Positions 62,310 to 64,000 of a stretch of 64,000 bases of DNA are shown piece after piece. Origin of the DNA: an uncultured Phycisphaerales bacterium (GTDB lineage: Bacteria; Planctomycetota; Phycisphaerae; Tepidisphaerales; Tepidisphaeraceae); the NCBI GenBank assembly GCA_963755915.1, contig CAVWLP010000003.1:320001-384000 (forward strand), in the 5' to 3' direction. How positions within the stretch are numbered: position 1 is the first letter of the stretch; the number at the start of each line of letters is the position of its first letter. The position numbers were made by a program, and so were the translations under genes. The notes under the pieces were generated by a model, which was given only the letters and a program-made list of their open reading frames with translations, did not search any database and was not told the origin of the DNA.

Positions 62310-62549
62310 TTACTGGCTATTGTTGGCGTTATTCATCCCGCTGTTGGTTCCGCTGCCGGGGTTTGCGCCGTTATTTTTAAGGGTTCCCTGGTCGCTGGAA
62401 TTACTGCCGGAGCTTTGGTTGTAGCCCTGGCTGGGTTGCTGGTTGTTCTGGCCGTTGTCAGGGTTGTTGCTCTAACATCCGAATAGCGACACCCCTGCGA
62501 GAGCGATCGAGCCCGCGAGCAGGGTTTTGGCGAAAGTGTGACTTTTCAC
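62310..62549 (-). CDS. Small Asn/Gln/Ser-rich lipoprotein with an in-frame TAG at codon 26
   Basis: AAGGAG RBS; MKSHTFAKTLLAGSIALAGVSLFG-C*SNNPDNGQNNQQPS...NNSQ. Confidence 0.6.
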
Positions 62550-62707
62550 AAACGCTCCTTGTAAAGGATTCATTCCCTGCCCCGCCACAACGTCGCGGCG
62601 CGGTGCAGGCGGAAGGTGTCCCGCAAATAAAGTGCCGGACGAAGGGATTGGGAGAGTTGGGCGAAATTTCCCAGGGCTTGGCCGAGGGTTAAAGCGACTT
62701 TATTTCC

Positions 62708-62980
62708 ATGACGCCCCTAAGAATCTTTCTCGCAACAATCGTACTGGCCTTCCAGTTCGGCTAGGTGATATTCGCGGCCTTCATGGTCGCCTGGGGTGCC
62801 AGCGACGCCGCCCCACATTGGACAGCCCCACAATGGACCCTTGCAATCGCCCTCTGGTCGCCCCCATTTCTGATCGCCGCGTGGATCGTCTACCGGCTAC
62901 TCTCCAGCCTCAAGCATTTCCTCATCTCCCAGGCAGCCGTGATCGCTCTGTTGCTGTTGGCGTTCTGGTGCGTTGTCTGA
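62708..62980 (+). CDS. Small 3-TM membrane protein with an in-frame TAG at codon 19
   Basis: MTPLRIFLATIVLAFQFG*VIFAAFMVAW...; hydrophobic character continues across the stop. Confidence 0.45.
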
Positions 62981-62995
62981 ATTCTTCCGTCCCCC

Positions 62996-63973
62996 TTACG
63001 GCTTCGTCGCAGCCACACCCTCCATCAGCGTCGAATCCGTCGTCGCCAGCATTCCCGTGTGCTCGACGTAATCCACCCGGGTAATTCCCAGATAGCTCCG
63101 AAGTTTCTCGGCCGCGATATTTTTCATCGGGCCTGGTGAATCGGCTGTTCCGGGAACCGGCTGCGGGAATGCGGTCGATCGAGCGGTGTGGAAACTGATG
63201 TTTCCCTCTACCTTCTGCATGATCTGGTGGATGTGGCCATTGAGGACGCTGACAGAGCCGAATCGGCGGAGCAAGCCCAGCGCTTGCGCCGAATCCTGCG
63301 TGCCCCAGCCCCATTTTTCATAGACCGTCCAGAGCGGGACGTGGGCAAAGACGACGACGGGTGTGCTGGCGCTGAGGCCGGCCAGGTCGTTCAGCATCCA
63401 TGCAAGCTGGTCGTCCCCGAGGACGCCCAGCGCGGTCTGGCCATTGGAAATGTTGGCAACATTGACCAGACCGACGAAATGAACGCCGCGGTAGTCGAAG
63501 CTCTGCCAGCCCAAACCCTTGGTGCCTTTGCCGAAGCGCTCGAGGTAGCGCTTGCCATTGTCGACGAAATAGTCGTGTTCGCCGGGGACGAAGAAGGATT
63601 GCTGGGTGTTGATCGATTTCATGACCTGCGACACCGCGTCGAACTCCGCCGGCTTGGAGAGATGCGAGAGGTCGCCCGTGTGCAGGACCAGCGCGGGGGA
63701 TGTGGGGAGGGAATTGATTCGAGAGACGGCGGTTTGGAACGTGCCGACGACATCGGTGTACACGCCGCGGTGGAAACCGATGTGGCTGTCGCTCACCTGC
63801 ACGAAAGAAAAATCGGCATTGTCGGCGCTGGCGTCGGCGCCGAAGGCGCGGGCGGTGAGGATGCCTCCTTTCATAGCCCATACCAGGCCCGCGCCGGCCC
63901 AGGCCATGCATTTGAGAAATCCCCGGCGGTCGATGCCATCGTTCGTCGTATCTTTATCGATAAAGTTGGACAT
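62996..63973 (-). CDS. Tat-exported metallophosphoesterase (CpdA-like)
   Basis: DRRGFLK Tat motif; SDSH, TGD, PGEHD, FAH, GHIH. Confidence 0.9.
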   Translation of the reverse strand: MSNFIDKDTTNDGIDRRGFLKCMAWAGAGLVWAMKGGILTARAFGADASADNADFSFVQVSDSHIGFHRGVYTDVVGTFQTAVSRINSLPTSPALVLHTGDLSHLSKPAEFDAVSQVMKSINTQQSFFVPGEHDYFVDNGKRYLERFGKGTKGLGWQSFDYRGVHFVGLVNVANISNGQTALGVLGDDQLAWMLNDLAGLSASTPVVVFAHVPLWTVYEKWGWGTQDSAQALGLLRRFGSVSVLNGHIHQIMQKVEGNISFHTARSTAFPQPVPGTADSPGPMKNIAAEKLRSYLGITRVDYVEHTGMLATTDSTLMEGVAATKP

Positions 63974-64000
63974 TTGTTCTCCTTTATTTGACGGTGATGA

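Noticed and set aside
62310-62980. Genome-wide TAG recoding
   Set aside because: TAG ends intact genes at 9899, 17590, 35222, 40012, 56175 and 62289

Overview
GC-rich bacterial chromosomal segment, most likely Planctomycetota/Phycisphaerae (inferred from a DUF1559-type prepilin, an 'ESLENRLL' planctomycete export motif, dockerin-like + PEP-CTERM tails and ATQP-type tails). About 15 otherwise intact genes carry single indels, which looks like long-read assembly error, so split ORFs are joined here. 1-37 kb is an arabinan/pectin utilisation region: araB, CE8 pectinesterase, an unclassified clan-D-like hydrolase, GH43, two GH51, ABC components, a ROK regulator with a candidate shared 21-bp operator, a DUF1559 pilin and a giant PEP-CTERM protein. 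It is interrupted by an IS21 (carrying three insertions of one 24-bp mini-repeat family, one amplified x8) and an IS4 with a 9-bp target duplication. 38-50 kb is the best candidate for an undescribed system: a synthase-dependent exopolysaccharide locus with a GT2 synthase fused to an apparently inactive GH26 domain and an apparently active clan-A hydrolase, a Wzc-like pseudokinase, a TPR/beta-barrel exporter and a polyprenyl-sugar GT2/GT-C pair. 50-64 kb holds an XRE regulator with visible operators, an amino-acid permease, a GT41, toxin-antitoxin genes, a low-GC islet and housekeeping enzymes. No rRNA, tRNA or CRISPR array was recognised.
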